The notes under the pieces were generated by a model. It was not told where the DNA came from and searched no databases. It saw nothing but the letters and a program-made list of their open reading frames with translations. Positions 11,539 through 20,549 of a stretch of DNA of 64,000 nt are shown here, one piece after another; the stretch's first letter is position 1, and every line of letters starts with the position of its first letter. The stretch is from the NCBI GenBank assembly GCA_934096105.1, contig CAKOLH010000004.1:2494-66493 (forward strand). Reading direction: 5' to 3'. This stretch comes from an uncultured Bacilli bacterium (GTDB taxonomy: Bacteria; Bacillota_I; Bacilli_A; RF39; UBA660). Position numbers and translations under genes: made by a program.

Positions 11539-11981
11539 TGAAATTACATGAATTAAAAGCAGTAGAAGGTTCTACTAAAGCTAGAAAAAGAATTGGTCAT
11601 GGACCTGGTTCTGGTACTGGTAAAACTTCAGGTAAAGGTGAAAAAGGACAAAACGCTAGAAGTGGCGGTGGAGTAAGACCTGGATTTGAAGGTGGACAAT
11701 TACCATTATTCAGAAGATTATCAAAAAGAGGATTCAACAATTATGAGTTTAGAACAGTATATAGTACTGTAAATGTATCAGATTTAAATAGATTTGAAGA
11801 TGGTACAGTAGTTGATCTTGCTTTACTTAAAGAAGTAGGATTAATAAAGAAAGAATTAGATGGAGTTAAAGTTTTAGGAAATGGTGATTTAACTAAGAAA
11901 TTAACTGTTAAAGCAAATAATTTCTCTAAGACTGCTAAAGAGAAGATAGAAAATATTGGTGGAAAAACTGAGGTGATTTAG
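11538..11981 (+). CDS. rplO: 50S ribosomal protein L15
   Basis: [12 protein letters not shown]...[23 protein letters not shown]. It directly follows rpsE, with no rpmD between them. Confidence 0.96.
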   Translation: MKLHELKAVEGSTKARKRIGHGPGSGTGKTSGKGEKGQNARSGGGVRPGFEGGQLPLFRRLSKRGFNNYEFRTVYSTVNVSDLNRFEDGTVVDLALLKEVGLIKKELDGVKVLGNGDLTKKLTVKANNFSKTAKEKIENIGGKTEVI

Positions 11982-13244
11982 ATGTTTAAGAATCTAAAAT
12001 TAATCTTTAGTCCTAAAAATAAAGATATTAGGAAAAGAATTGGTTTTACCTTATTTGGACTACTAATATTTGCTGTTGGAACAACAATTCCTGTTCCAGG
12101 TACAGAAGGTGCAATATCTAATTTAGGATTATGGGAATTAATTAATGCTATTGGTGGAGGAGCACTTAAGAACTTTTCAATATTTGCTCTAGGTGTTATG
12201 CCTTATATTTCCGCTAGTATCATTACTGGAATATTACAAATGGATATCATTCCTTACTTCACTGAACTTAAAGATAGTGGAGAACAAGGAAGACAAAAGA
12301 TAAATCAAATTAATAGATATATTGGTATCGTACTTGCCTTTTTACAAGGATTTGCTATGGCATTTACCTTTGTAAAAGGTGCTGGTACAGTAGAATACTT
12401 AAAAATAGCTTTAATACTAACTGGTGGTACAGCGTTCCTATTATGGCTTGGTGATCAAATAACTCAAAAGGGTATGGGTAATGGTATATCATTAATTATT
12501 ATGGCTGGTATTATATCTACAGTACCAAAGATGTTTATTGATACATTTAAAACATTAATATTAAATCATACTGGCTCATTAGCTATGGGAATAGTAGGAT
12601 TTGTAATATTTGTACTTGTATATCTATTAATAGTAGTAGGAGTTATATTTGAGGAATCTTCGGAAAGAAGAATACCAATACAATATTCTAATAGAACAAC
12701 TTCTGCTTATGGTCAAAAACAAAGTTATATTCCATTTAAATTAAATTCTGCTGGTGTAATGCCTGTAATCTTTGCATCAGTAATATTATCAATACCTACT
12801 TTTATTGGTGGTATCTTAGGTAGTGATTCTGGATTTACTAAGTTTGTAACTAATTATATAAATTATACTACTCCAACAGGATTTGTACTTTATATAATAT
12901 TAATATTTGTATTTGGTTATTTCTATACTAATATGCAAATTAATCCAAAAGAACTTGCTAAGAACTTAAATAAGAGTGGTGGATATATTCCTGGTATTAG
13001 ACCTGGAGTAGAAACTGAGAAGTATATTAAGAAAATACTTTATAGAATTACTTTCTTAGGTTCAACATTTATTGCTGCAATAGCAGGACTTCCAATAGTA
13101 TTCAGTAGTTTTATATCTACTGGACTTCCAGCATCAGTTAGTATTGGTGGTACTGGAGTACTTATCGTTGTAGGAGTTGCTATTGAAACTTGTAAACAAT
13201 TAGAAAGTAGTTTAATTAATAGAAATTATAAAGGAGCTAGATAA
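11982..13244 (+). CDS. secY: Preprotein translocase subunit SecY
   Basis: About 10 TM segments, GVMPYISASII motif, position after rplO. Confidence 0.96.
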   Translation: MFKNLKLIFSPKNKDIRKRIGFTLFGLLIFAVGTTIPVPGTEGAISNLGLWELINAIGGGALKNFSIFALGVMPYISASIITGILQMDIIPYFTELKDSGEQGRQKINQINRYIGIVLAFLQGFAMAFTFVKGAGTVEYLKIALILTGGTAFLLWLGDQITQKGMGNGISLIIMAGIISTVPKMFIDTFKTLILNHTGSLAMGIVGFVIFVLVYLLIVVGVIFEESSERRIPIQYSNRTTSAYGQKQSYIPFKLNSAGVMPVIFASVILSIPTFIGGILGSDSGFTKFVTNYINYTTPTGFVLYIILIFVFGYFYTNMQINPKELAKNLNKSGGYIPGIRPGVETEKYIKKILYRITFLGSTFIAAIAGLPIVFSSFISTGLPASVSIGGTGVLIVVGVAIETCKQLESSLINRNYKGAR

Positions 13245-13897
13245 TGAAGAATATTATATTTATTGCCCCACCAGCTGCGGGTAAAGGAACAGTATCTGCA
13301 AGAGTCTGTGACAAATATAATATTCCTCATATATCAACTGGCGATCTTTTAAGAGATGAAATAAAGAATTCAACTAAACTTGGTCTTGAAATAAAAGATG
13401 CTATGGCTAGAGGAAAATTTGTTTCAGATGAAGTAATAACTAAATTATTAAAAAAGAGATTATCAAGTAAAGATTGCAAAAAAGGCTATATCTTAGATGG
13501 TTATCCTAGAAATGTTAATCAAGCAATTGTCTATGACAAGTTACTTGAGGAATTAGGATTTGACTTAGGAAAGGTAATACTTTTAGATATAGATAAAGAT
13601 GTTGCTATGCAAAGGGCATTATCTAGATTGGTATGTTCTAAGTGTGGTTTATCTTATAACTTATTAAATAAGGAATTATCTCCAGTCAAAGAAGGAATAT
13701 GTGATAGCTGTGGTAGTCCTTTGAAATCTAGAAGTGATGATAATGAGGAAACATTCATAAATAGATTTAATACTTATATGAATGAAACTTTCCCACTAGT
13801 GAACTATTATGAGAAGAAGAATAATTTAGTTAAAATTAATGTTACTGATAAAAATTCAGATGAAGTTTTTGAAGAAGTAGAGAAGGTAATTAAATGA
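13244..13897 (+). CDS. adk: Adenylate kinase (zinc-lid type)
   Basis: P-loop APPAAGKGT. Lid cysteines CSKCG...CDSCG. Confidence 0.95.
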   Translation: MKNIIFIAPPAAGKGTVSARVCDKYNIPHISTGDLLRDEIKNSTKLGLEIKDAMARGKFVSDEVITKLLKKRLSSKDCKKGYILDGYPRNVNQAIVYDKLLEELGFDLGKVILLDIDKDVAMQRALSRLVCSKCGLSYNLLNKELSPVKEGICDSCGSPLKSRSDDNEETFINRFNTYMNETFPLVNYYEKKNNLVKINVTDKNSDEVFEEVEKVIK

Positions 13898-14652
13898 TAA
13901 CTATTAAAAGTGATTATGAATTATCCTTAATGAGAGTGGCAGGAAGAATAGTTTATGATACTCATCAGTATTTAAAACCTTATATTAAACCTGGTATTAC
14001 TACTGGTGAGTTAGATAAACTTGCTCATGATTATATCATAAGTAGAGATGCTACTCCATCATGTTTGGGATATGAAGGTTATCCTGCGAGTATATGTATT
14101 TCAGTTAATGAAGAAGTAGTACATGGTATACCAGGAAAAAGAAAACTTAAAAATGGTGATATTGTAACTTTAGATATATGTGCCTGCTACAAAGGATATC
14201 ATGGTGATTCTGCTTGGAGTTATAGAGTAGGAACTGTATCAAAAGAGAAAGAATATTTACTTACTCATACTGAGAAGGCTTTATATGAAGGATTAAGTAA
14301 AGTAAAAGATGGAGTTCATCTTGGAGATGTATCTAATGCTATTGAAGAATATGCTAAAAAGCATAAACTAGGAGTTGTTAAAGAACTAGTAGGCCATGGT
14401 ATTGGATCACATTTGCATGAGGATCCAGAAGTACCTAACTATGGAAAAGCGGGTACTGGAATAATTTTAAAAAAAGGAATGACTATTGCCGTAGAACCTA
14501 TGCTTAATTTAGGTACTGCTAAAGTATACTTACTTGATGATGATTGGACAATAGTTACAGGTGATAACAAACCATCAGCTCATTTTGAACATACAATTAT
14601 TGTTACTGACGATGGTTATGAAATACTAACAGGAGATGATAAATGTGAGTAG
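13894..14652 (+). CDS. map: Methionine aminopeptidase type I
   Basis: Metal-ligand context DIVTLDICA...[21 protein letters not shown] and EHT. Confidence 0.95.
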   Translation: MITIKSDYELSLMRVAGRIVYDTHQYLKPYIKPGITTGELDKLAHDYIISRDATPSCLGYEGYPASICISVNEEVVHGIPGKRKLKNGDIVTLDICACYKGYHGDSAWSYRVGTVSKEKEYLLTHTEKALYEGLSKVKDGVHLGDVSNAIEEYAKKHKLGVVKELVGHGIGSHLHEDPEVPNYGKAGTGIILKKGMTIAVEPMLNLGTAKVYLLDDDWTIVTGDNKPSAHFEHTIIVTDDGYEILTGDDKCE

Positions 14653-14863
14653 AGAAGAGTTAATCGAAGTAGAAGGAAAAGTACTTGATAATTTACCACA
14701 AGGAAAATTCAAAGTTGAACTTGATGGAGGCCACATAGTAGTTGCCCATGTTTCTGGTAAAATGCGCATGAACAACATACGTATCTTACCAGGTGATACT
14801 GTGGTTTTAGCTATGTCACCATACGATCTAACACAAGGGCGTATTGTATATAATAAGAAATAG
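14645..14863 (+). CDS. infA: Translation initiation factor IF-1
   Basis: A GTG start 9 nt after AGGAG gives the canonical 72 aa ([13 protein letters not shown]...). The track ATG at 14636 abuts the RBS. Confidence 0.9.
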   Translation: MSREELIEVEGKVLDNLPQGKFKVELDGGHIVVAHVSGKMRMNNIRILPGDTVVLAMSPYDLTQGRIVYNKK

Positions 14864-14875
14864 GAGGGATGAATA

Positions 14876-14989
14876 ATGAAAGTAAGAGCATCCGTAAAGA
14901 AAATATGCGACAAATGTAAAATTATTAAAAGAAAAGGTAAAGTAATGGTTATTTGTGAAAATCCAAAACACAAACAAAAACAAGGTTAA
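14876..14989 (+). CDS. rpmJ: 50S ribosomal protein L36 (37 aa; absent from the ORF track)
   Basis: Hand translation gives [47 protein letters not shown], and the expected position between infA and rpsM. Confidence 0.93.
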   Translation: MKVRASVKKICDKCKIIKRKGKVMVICENPKHKQKQG

Positions 14990-15007
14990 TAGGGAGGAAA
15001 TAATAAT

Positions 15008-15373
15008 ATGGCAAGAATTAAAGGTGTAGATATACCTAACGACAAGAGAATTGAGATATCTCTTACATACATTTATGGTATTGGAAGACAATTATCTAAA
15101 ACAATTCTTAATGATGCTAAAGTTGACTTAAATAAAAAGGCTAAGGATTTAACTGATGATGAACTTTCTAGAATCAGAAAAGAAGTAGATAAATACTTAA
15201 CTGAAGGTGATTTAAGAAGAGAAATTAACTTAAATATTAAAACTAAGATGGAAATTAATTCTTATCAAGGTACAAGACATAAAAAGAATTTACCAGTAAG
15301 AGGACAAAGAACTAGTAGAAATGCTAGAACTCGTAAGGGTAAAGGAAAAGTTGTTGCTAATAAGAAAAAATAA
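15008..15373 (+). CDS. rpsM: 30S ribosomal protein S13
   Basis: [14 protein letters not shown]... Confidence 0.97.
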   Translation: MARIKGVDIPNDKRIEISLTYIYGIGRQLSKTILNDAKVDLNKKAKDLTDDELSRIRKEVDKYLTEGDLRREINLNIKTKMEINSYQGTRHKKNLPVRGQRTSRNARTRKGKGKVVANKKK

Positions 15374-15386
15374 TTAGGAGGAAAAT

Positions 15387-15773
15387 ATGGGAAAATATAA
15401 TTCAAGAAAAAGAAAAACTAAAAAGAATATTCCTGCTGGTATAGCTCATATTCATTCAACATTCAACAACACAATCGTAACTATTACTGACTTAGAAGGA
15501 AATGTTGTAAGCTGGGCTTCTTCTGGAAAACAAGGAGTAAAAGGTAGTAAGAAATCTACTCCATTTGCTGCTGGTATGTCTGCTGAAGCTGCTGGAAGAG
15601 ATGCAGTAGCTGCAGGTATGAAGAAAGTAAAAGTAGAAGTAAAAGGCTTAGGCTCTGGAAGAGAGGCTGCAATTAGATCATTACAAACTGCTGGATTAGA
15701 AATAGAATCAATAACTGATGTAACACCAATTCCACATAATGGTTGTCGTCCACCAAAAAGAAGACGTGGATAA
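15387..15773 (+). CDS. rpsK: 30S ribosomal protein S11
   Basis: [17 protein letters not shown]...[15 protein letters not shown]. Confidence 0.97.
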   Translation: MGKYNSRKRKTKKNIPAGIAHIHSTFNNTIVTITDLEGNVVSWASSGKQGVKGSKKSTPFAAGMSAEAAGRDAVAAGMKKVKVEVKGLGSGREAAIRSLQTAGLEIESITDVTPIPHNGCRPPKRRRG

Positions 15774-15794
15774 TAAAGAAAGGAAGCGTGTCTA

Positions 15795-16757
15795 ATGTTA
15801 AAATTTGAAAAACCAGATTATAAGGTAAAAGAATATGTAAAGGATTCTTTCTATGGTAAATTTGAACTTGAACCACTAGAAAGAGGATTTGGAACAACTT
15901 TAGGTAATGCACTTAGAAGAGTTATGTTATCATCACTTCCTGGTGATGCTATAACTTCAGTTAAAATAGATGGAGTAGCTCATGAATTTCAAAAAATTGA
16001 TGGAGTTATCGAAGATGTTACTGCTATCGTATTAAATTTAAAGGGAGTAGTAATAAAGAATCATTCTAAAGATACTGATAAAATATTAAGACTTAAAAAG
16101 GATACCCCAGGAGTAGTTACTGCTGGTGATATTGAAGCTGATGCTGATATAGAAATATTAAATCCTGACCATGTAATTGCTACACTTGTTGAAGGTGGAA
16201 AATTAAATATGGAAATGACTATTGGATCAGGAAGAGGATATATAGTAGCAGAAGATAATAAGAAGATACTTGCTCAAAATAATAAGACTAAAGTAGGAGC
16301 AATTGCTATTGATAGCTTATATTCTCCTATTGAAAGAATTAACTATGAAGTAGAAAATGCTAGAGTAGGTCAAAATAATAATTATGATAAATTAATTCTT
16401 GAAGTATGGACTAATGGTTCAATTACTCCAGAAGAAGCTTTAGCACTAGCTGCTAGAATCTTAATTGAGCATTTTGAAGTATTAACTGAACTTAACTCAA
16501 TTGCAGATGAAACAGGACTTATGATATCTAAGAGTGAAGACCCTGCTGTTAAGATATTAGAGACTTCTATTGATGATTTAGACTTCTCTGTAAGAGCATA
16601 TAATTGCTTAAAGAGAGCTAATATTCTTACTTTAAAAGATTTAGTAGATAAGACTGAAAATGAAATGATGAAGATTAGAAATCTTGGTAAGAAGTCATTA
16701 AAAGAAGTAATGGATAAAGTTAAAGACATGGGTCTTACATTTAAAGATGAAAATTAA
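15795..16757 (+). CDS. rpoA: DNA-directed RNA polymerase subunit alpha
   Basis: [18 protein letters not shown]-terminal domain and a C-terminal domain with [16 protein letters not shown]. Confidence 0.97.
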   Translation: MLKFEKPDYKVKEYVKDSFYGKFELEPLERGFGTTLGNALRRVMLSSLPGDAITSVKIDGVAHEFQKIDGVIEDVTAIVLNLKGVVIKNHSKDTDKILRLKKDTPGVVTAGDIEADADIEILNPDHVIATLVEGGKLNMEMTIGSGRGYIVAEDNKKILAQNNKTKVGAIAIDSLYSPIERINYEVENARVGQNNNYDKLILEVWTNGSITPEEALALAARILIEHFEVLTELNSIADETGLMISKSEDPAVKILETSIDDLDFSVRAYNCLKRANILTLKDLVDKTENEMMKIRNLGKKSLKEVMDKVKDMGLTFKDEN

Positions 16758-16771
16758 TAGAGGAGGTAATT

Positions 16772-17113
16772 ATGGCATATAGAAAATTAGGTAGAGATAA
16801 TAAACATAGAAGAAGTATGTTAGCTACTTTAACTAAACAACTAATTGAAAATGAAAGAATAGTTACTACTGAAACTAGAGCTAAAGAAGTTAGAAAGAGT
16901 TTTGATAAAATGGTAACTTATGGTAAAAAAGGTACTTTAGTATCAAGAAGACTTGCCCTTGCATTTTTACATAATGATAAGAAAACCGTTGATAAAGTAT
17001 TTAATGATTTAGCAGTTAGATACAAAGATAGAAATGGTGGTTATACTAGAATTATTAAGATGACTGAAAGAAAAGGAGATTCTGCTCTAGAAGTTATTTT
17101 AGAACTAGTTTAA
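16772..17113 (+). CDS. rplQ: 50S ribosomal protein L17
   Basis: [17 protein letters not shown]...GGYTRI. Confidence 0.96.
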   Translation: MAYRKLGRDNKHRRSMLATLTKQLIENERIVTTETRAKEVRKSFDKMVTYGKKGTLVSRRLALAFLHNDKKTVDKVFNDLAVRYKDRNGGYTRIIKMTERKGDSALEVILELV

Positions 17114-17119
17114 TATATA

Positions 17120-17157
17120 GAGATATCTATTAATTTAGATATCTCTTTTCTTTTTTC
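17120..17157 (+). terminator. Intrinsic terminator of the alpha operon
   Basis: Perfect 11-bp stem AGAGATATCTA/TAGATATCTCT, 6-nt loop, then a T-rich tail. Confidence 0.85.
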
Positions 17158-17526
17158 TCTTAAGCCTAGGCTTAAGAGATATAACATAGCCTAGGGTCTA
17201 TGTTATGAAAGTTTATTTATTTTTTAAATACTTATTGATTTATTTTTTAAATACTTATTGCAAAATATCATTACTTATGATATTATTTTATACGTAAGGT
17301 AGATAGATATAATTTATGTGTAAAATCTATAAATTATATAAGGAAAGGAGGCTCCTCTTATGATTAAAATGGTAAATAGAAACGTTAACTATTTGTTAAT
17401 TAGGGAGAGGACTGTAAGTCTACAAATACTTATAAATAAAAGGATTATAGATAAAGACTAAGATAACTAATATAAATATTAGTCTTTCTTTATAGTCTTT
17501 TTTGTATTATAGAAAAGAGGTATATT
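17157..17526 (+). promoter_or_regulatory. Conserved leader, copy 1: two hairpins, a promoter, a roughly 235-nt 5' UTR and a terminator-like hairpin before the RBS
   Basis: Collinear with 44040-44369. Promoter is TTGCAA (17258-63), 17 nt, TATTAT (17281-86). Conserved core is AGGAGGC.C.TCT.ATGA.TAAA...AACGTTAACTATTTGTTAATTAGGG...TGTAAGTCTA. It ends with AAAGACTA...TAGTCTTTCTTTATAGTCTTTTTT. Confidence 0.6.
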
Positions 17527-18081
17527 ATGAATAAAAAATTATTATATAGTTTATTAATAGTATTATTAATAGTAGTAGTATCAGTAAGTATTACTTATGC
17601 TTGGTTATCATGGTCTGGAGTAGTTAATATATCTGGTACTAGTGAATGTTTTGATGTTAATTATGTTAAAGGACAAGATATAGGTAGTGATAGTAATCCT
17701 GCTAATTTTAGTTTAGCAAGTACTTATACTGAAGGTTTATCTTCAGTAATTAAAGTTAATTTAAAAGATACTTGTACTATTAGTAATGGTACTGGGACAT
17801 TATATTTAAATACTGATAGTACTACAAGTAATATATTACTTACTAGTAATGTATTAAAGTATCAAGTATTAGAAGGTACTAATGAAGTAGCAAGTGGTAT
17901 AGTAAGTAGTACAGGTAATTTACCTATATATAATAATATAGAAATAAATAATGAAGTAAAACAGTTAACAGTATATATATGGATAGATGGTAGTTTAGTA
18001 AATAATGATAATTCTAATGATATATTATCTAGTGTATATAAAGGAAATATAAGTATGAGTATAGAAAGTGGTGATAAATAA
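17527..18081 (+). CDS. Secreted or anchored protein: stand-alone copy of the N-terminal module shared with the DGR target and the LRR protein
   Basis: TM/signal segment ending ITYAWLSW, which resembles SipW/camelysin-class signal peptides. It shares the TVYIWIDG motif with 18081 (TLYIWIDG) and 44370 (TLYIYIDG). Its stop overlaps the next ATG (TAATG). Confidence 0.7.
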   Translation: MNKKLLYSLLIVLLIVVVSVSITYAWLSWSGVVNISGTSECFDVNYVKGQDIGSDSNPANFSLASTYTEGLSSVIKVNLKDTCTISNGTGTLYLNTDSTTSNILLTSNVLKYQVLEGTNEVASGIVSSTGNLPIYNNIEINNEVKQLTVYIWIDGSLVNNDNSNDILSSVYKGNISMSIESGDK

Positions 18082-19703
18082 TGAAAGATAATAAAAATAA
18101 TAAAGCAAAGATATATATGATATTTAGTTTAATAGTATTAGTAATAGTAGTAATAGTAAGTGGTACATATGCTTATTATGTATGGACTACAAGTGACAGT
18201 GATACTACAAAGATAGTTGCAGGAATAGGAGCTGCTACAGTTACCTTTAATGGAGGAAGTGATATAAGTGCTAATCTAAGACCAGTATCAGATAAAAGTA
18301 AAGGTATAGTAAAGAATATTAGTGTAAAGGCAGATACTACAGGATTAGTATTTAATATGTATTTAGATATAACTAGTATAGATACAGGATTAAAAGATGA
18401 GAGTTTTAGATATGAATTATATAAAGGAACTACTAAAGTAAAAGAAGGTAACTTTAGTGATAGTTATCTAACTAGTAATACAGTTACTTGTAGTAAGAAT
18501 AATACTAATCATATAGTATTATTAACTAATGAAAGTATATCTACATCAAAGACATCATATACATTATACATATGGATAGATGGAGCAAATTATACTAATC
18601 CAAATACTATGATGAATAAAATATTTAGTTTTAAATTACATGCTGATGGAGAAGGGGCAGTGTTAGCAAAGACAGCCGCAGAAACTATAACTAATTTATA
18701 TACAAATGCATCAAAAACATCAGCAACAAATAATGGTATAACTTATAATTATGCTAATATTTATGATACTGATAGTGATAACAATACAAGCGGTGGATTA
18801 ATGAATGATAGACTAGGTGGTACTACAACTAGTTTAGATGGTGGTAATATAAGATATTATGGAGCAAGTCCAAATAATTATATATATTTTAATTGTTCTG
18901 ACTATAGTAATCAAACATCTAGTACATGTGAAACATGGCGTATAATAGGAGTATTTGATGGCAAATTAAAACTAATAAGAGGTAGTCAAATAGGAACATA
19001 TTCTTGGGACAATAAGAATACTAGTACAGGAGCAGAAGATAATTATGGTGAAAATGACTGGACAACAGCAAGATTAATGAAACTGCTTAATCCTAGCGAT
19101 TATTATACAGTAGATTCTAACGATAATGGATTAGGCCAAAGTTTATATTACAATAGTACATCAGGAAAATGTTATAGCGGTCAAAATAATGCTACAGTAG
19201 ACTGCGATTTTACAAGTACAGGAATAAAAAATGATATTACAAGAAATATGATTGCAGATACAACATATAATCTAGGGGGATGGAATACCGCTGCAGTATA
19301 TCCAAATCAAATATATGGATACGAAAGAGGAACAACAGTATATACAGATAGACCAACAACATGGACTGGTAAAATAGCCTTAGCATATATAAGTGATTAT
19401 GGCTATGCAGCAGATTTTAATCAGTGTGTTAATAAACCATTAGATGAATATAGCGATAGTACTTGTAACTCAAACAACTGGATGAAAGCAATTTTAGGCA
19501 CTTCTAGTTGGGGATGGTTATTAACCCCTGATTCCAGCGACTCGAGTACTGCGCGGGCTGTGTCTTCGGGCGGCCATGTGCCCCACGGCTATGCGTATAA
19601 TGTGACTGGGGCCGCGCCAGTCCTTTCTCTAAGTTCTGAACTAGGAATAGAGTCAGGATCAGGGGACGGCTCAAGTAGTAATCCATACAAATTAAATGCG
19701 TAA
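18081..19703 (+). CDS. DGR target protein: signal/anchor, shared N-terminal module and a C-terminal variable ligand-binding domain carrying the VR
   Basis: N-terminus ...VSGTYAYYVWTTSD. The first 190 aa or so are homologous to 44370. The C-terminal WGWLLTPDSSDSSTARAVSSGGHVPHGYAYNVTGAAPVL is encoded by the VR. Confidence 0.85.
   Translation: MKDNKNNKAKIYMIFSLIVLVIVVIVSGTYAYYVWTTSDSDTTKIVAGIGAATVTFNGGSDISANLRPVSDKSKGIVKNISVKADTTGLVFNMYLDITSIDTGLKDESFRYELYKGTTKVKEGNFSDSYLTSNTVTCSKNNTNHIVLLTNESISTSKTSYTLYIWIDGANYTNPNTMMNKIFSFKLHADGEGAVLAKTAAETITNLYTNASKTSATNNGITYNYANIYDTDSDNNTSGGLMNDRLGGTTTSLDGGNIRYYGASPNNYIYFNCSDYSNQTSSTCETWRIIGVFDGKLKLIRGSQIGTYSWDNKNTSTGAEDNYGENDWTTARLMKLLNPSDYYTVDSNDNGLGQSLYYNSTSGKCYSGQNNATVDCDFTSTGIKNDITRNMIADTTYNLGGWNTAAVYPNQIYGYERGTTVYTDRPTTWTGKIALAYISDYGYAADFNQCVNKPLDEYSDSTCNSNNWMKAILGTSSWGWLLTPDSSDSSTARAVSSGGHVPHGYAYNVTGAAPVLSLSSELGIESGSGDGSSSNPYKLNA
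19526..19631 (+). repeat. DGR variable repeat (VR)
   Basis: About 106 bp, aligning without gaps to 19895-20000 (offset 369). The differences are concentrated at TR adenines. It ends in the GC-rich GGGGCCGCGCCAG, an IMH-like element. Confidence 0.9.
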
Positions 19704-19747
19704 GCAGTTAATTTGAGATAACTTTGGTAGGAAGAACTTGGTAAGAG

Positions 19748-19828
19748 GCCCCTTAAACAGGCGAAGTCTGTTAGGGGCAATGGCGGCGAAAGTCGCCAAG
19801 AGAAGATAGATATTCGCCGAAAGGCGAA
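19748..19828 (+). other. Three GC-rich hairpins between VR and TR, two with GAAA tetraloops
   Basis: 19748-19778 is GCCCCTTAAACAG...CTGTTAGGGGC (imperfect). 19782-19797 is GGCGGC-GAAA-GTCGCC. 19813-19828 is TTCGCC-GAAA-GGCGAA. None is followed by a T-run. Confidence 0.7.
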
Positions 19829-19894
19829 AAAATAAAAATGGTATTAACACTGGTTCGGTGTTTAATATAGGGTGATTTTATATAAAACTAGTAT

Positions 19895-20000
19895 CCCTAA
19901 TTCCAGCAACTCGAATAATGCGTGGAATGTGAATTCGGACGGCAATGTGGGCAACAACAATGCGTATAATGTGAATGGGGCCGCGCCAGCCCTTTATATA
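19895..20000 (+). repeat. DGR template repeat (TR)
   Basis: Non-coding copy of the VR. In the VR frame it reads PNSSNSNNAWNVNSDGNVGNNNAYNVNGAAPALYI, with 12 AAY (Asn) codons. Confidence 0.9.
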
Positions 20001-20252
20001 GTGGGTTTTCTACTAGGCTAAGGCTTAGTATGACAGTGCTTTAAAGGACAAAAATCATCCTTGAGATATTTATCTCTAAATGTTAAGCTATAGATGGATT
20101 ATATCTACGGGTATACCTAGAACTATAGATATTTATGTAAAAGTGCTAGTAGAGGCTTTTATAGAAAATTAATTCAAATATTTTGAATATATTTTCTTAT
20201 GTCTCTATTAGCGCTTATTTTTAATCTGTAAAGGCTGTGATATTATAATGAT
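20001..20252 (+). ncRNA. Putative DGR spacer RNA region downstream of TR
   Basis: Non-coding and rich in hairpins (AAGGA...TCCTT, GAGATA..TATCTC, ATTCAAA...TTTGAAT). A long-range pairing GCTAGTAGAG/CTCTATTAGC is possible. The role is inferred by analogy to the Bordetella phage DGR. Confidence 0.35.
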
Positions 20253-20549
20253 ATGAGTATGATAAATAGATATAAGTTTACTAAGAATATCTATAAAGAC
20301 TATATAGTACTAATAATTAAAAATAAAAAATATTATTCTTTTGATAAAGATAAGAAAATATTAAATTATATTAATTTTAATAATAAACTATATTTATTAA
20401 AAAAGTATAGTATTAATTTTATAGTACTAGATAATTTAGAAATACTTAGTATAAATAATTATGATGTAAATAATTATTATAAATATTTATATATATCTTA
20501 TGTAAAAGATATATTATTAGTAATAAGGGGAAGTATAAGAAGTGAATAG
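20253..20549 (+). CDS. Small DGR accessory ORF, weakly MutS-domain-I-like
   Basis: 98 aa. The DYIVLIIKNKKYYSFDKDKKILNYI segment parallels SIVLRKSGGFYICFDDDAIVLSYL of the next ORF. It overlaps the next ORF by 8 nt. Confidence 0.5.
   Translation: MSMINRYKFTKNIYKDYIVLIIKNKKYYSFDKDKKILNYINFNNKLYLLKKYSINFIVLDNLEILSINNYDVNNYYKYLYISYVKDILLVIRGSIRSE

Noticed and set aside
11538-11540. Absence of rpmD (L30) between rpsE and rplO, and of rpsD before rpoA
   Set aside because: Both absences are common variants of the spc and alpha operons in Bacillota, so they are not evidence of rearrangement.
3289-16729. Many 60-115-aa minus-strand ORFs across the ribosomal cluster (for example 3289-3477, 4156-4356, 7289-7537, 8288-8714, 10360-10596, 14626-15091, 15673-15912, 16382-16729)
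   Set aside because: All are antisense to, or out of frame with, highly conserved ribosomal, secY or rpoA genes. They are hydrophobic or low-complexity and have no ribosome-binding sites.
17214-17258. 23-nt tandem duplication (TTTATTTTTTAAATACTTATTG twice) just upstream of the leader-1 promoter -35 element
   Set aside because: It is real in the sequence but only two units long and is absent from leader copy 2. It is most simply a local slippage duplication in AT-rich spacer, and there is no evidence of function.
19504-19780. Two minus-strand ORFs (19504-19686 and 19589-19780) in the GC-rich block
   Set aside because: They arise because the GC-rich VR and hairpin region lacks stop codons. 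They overlap the DGR target gene and the hairpins, and have no start context.
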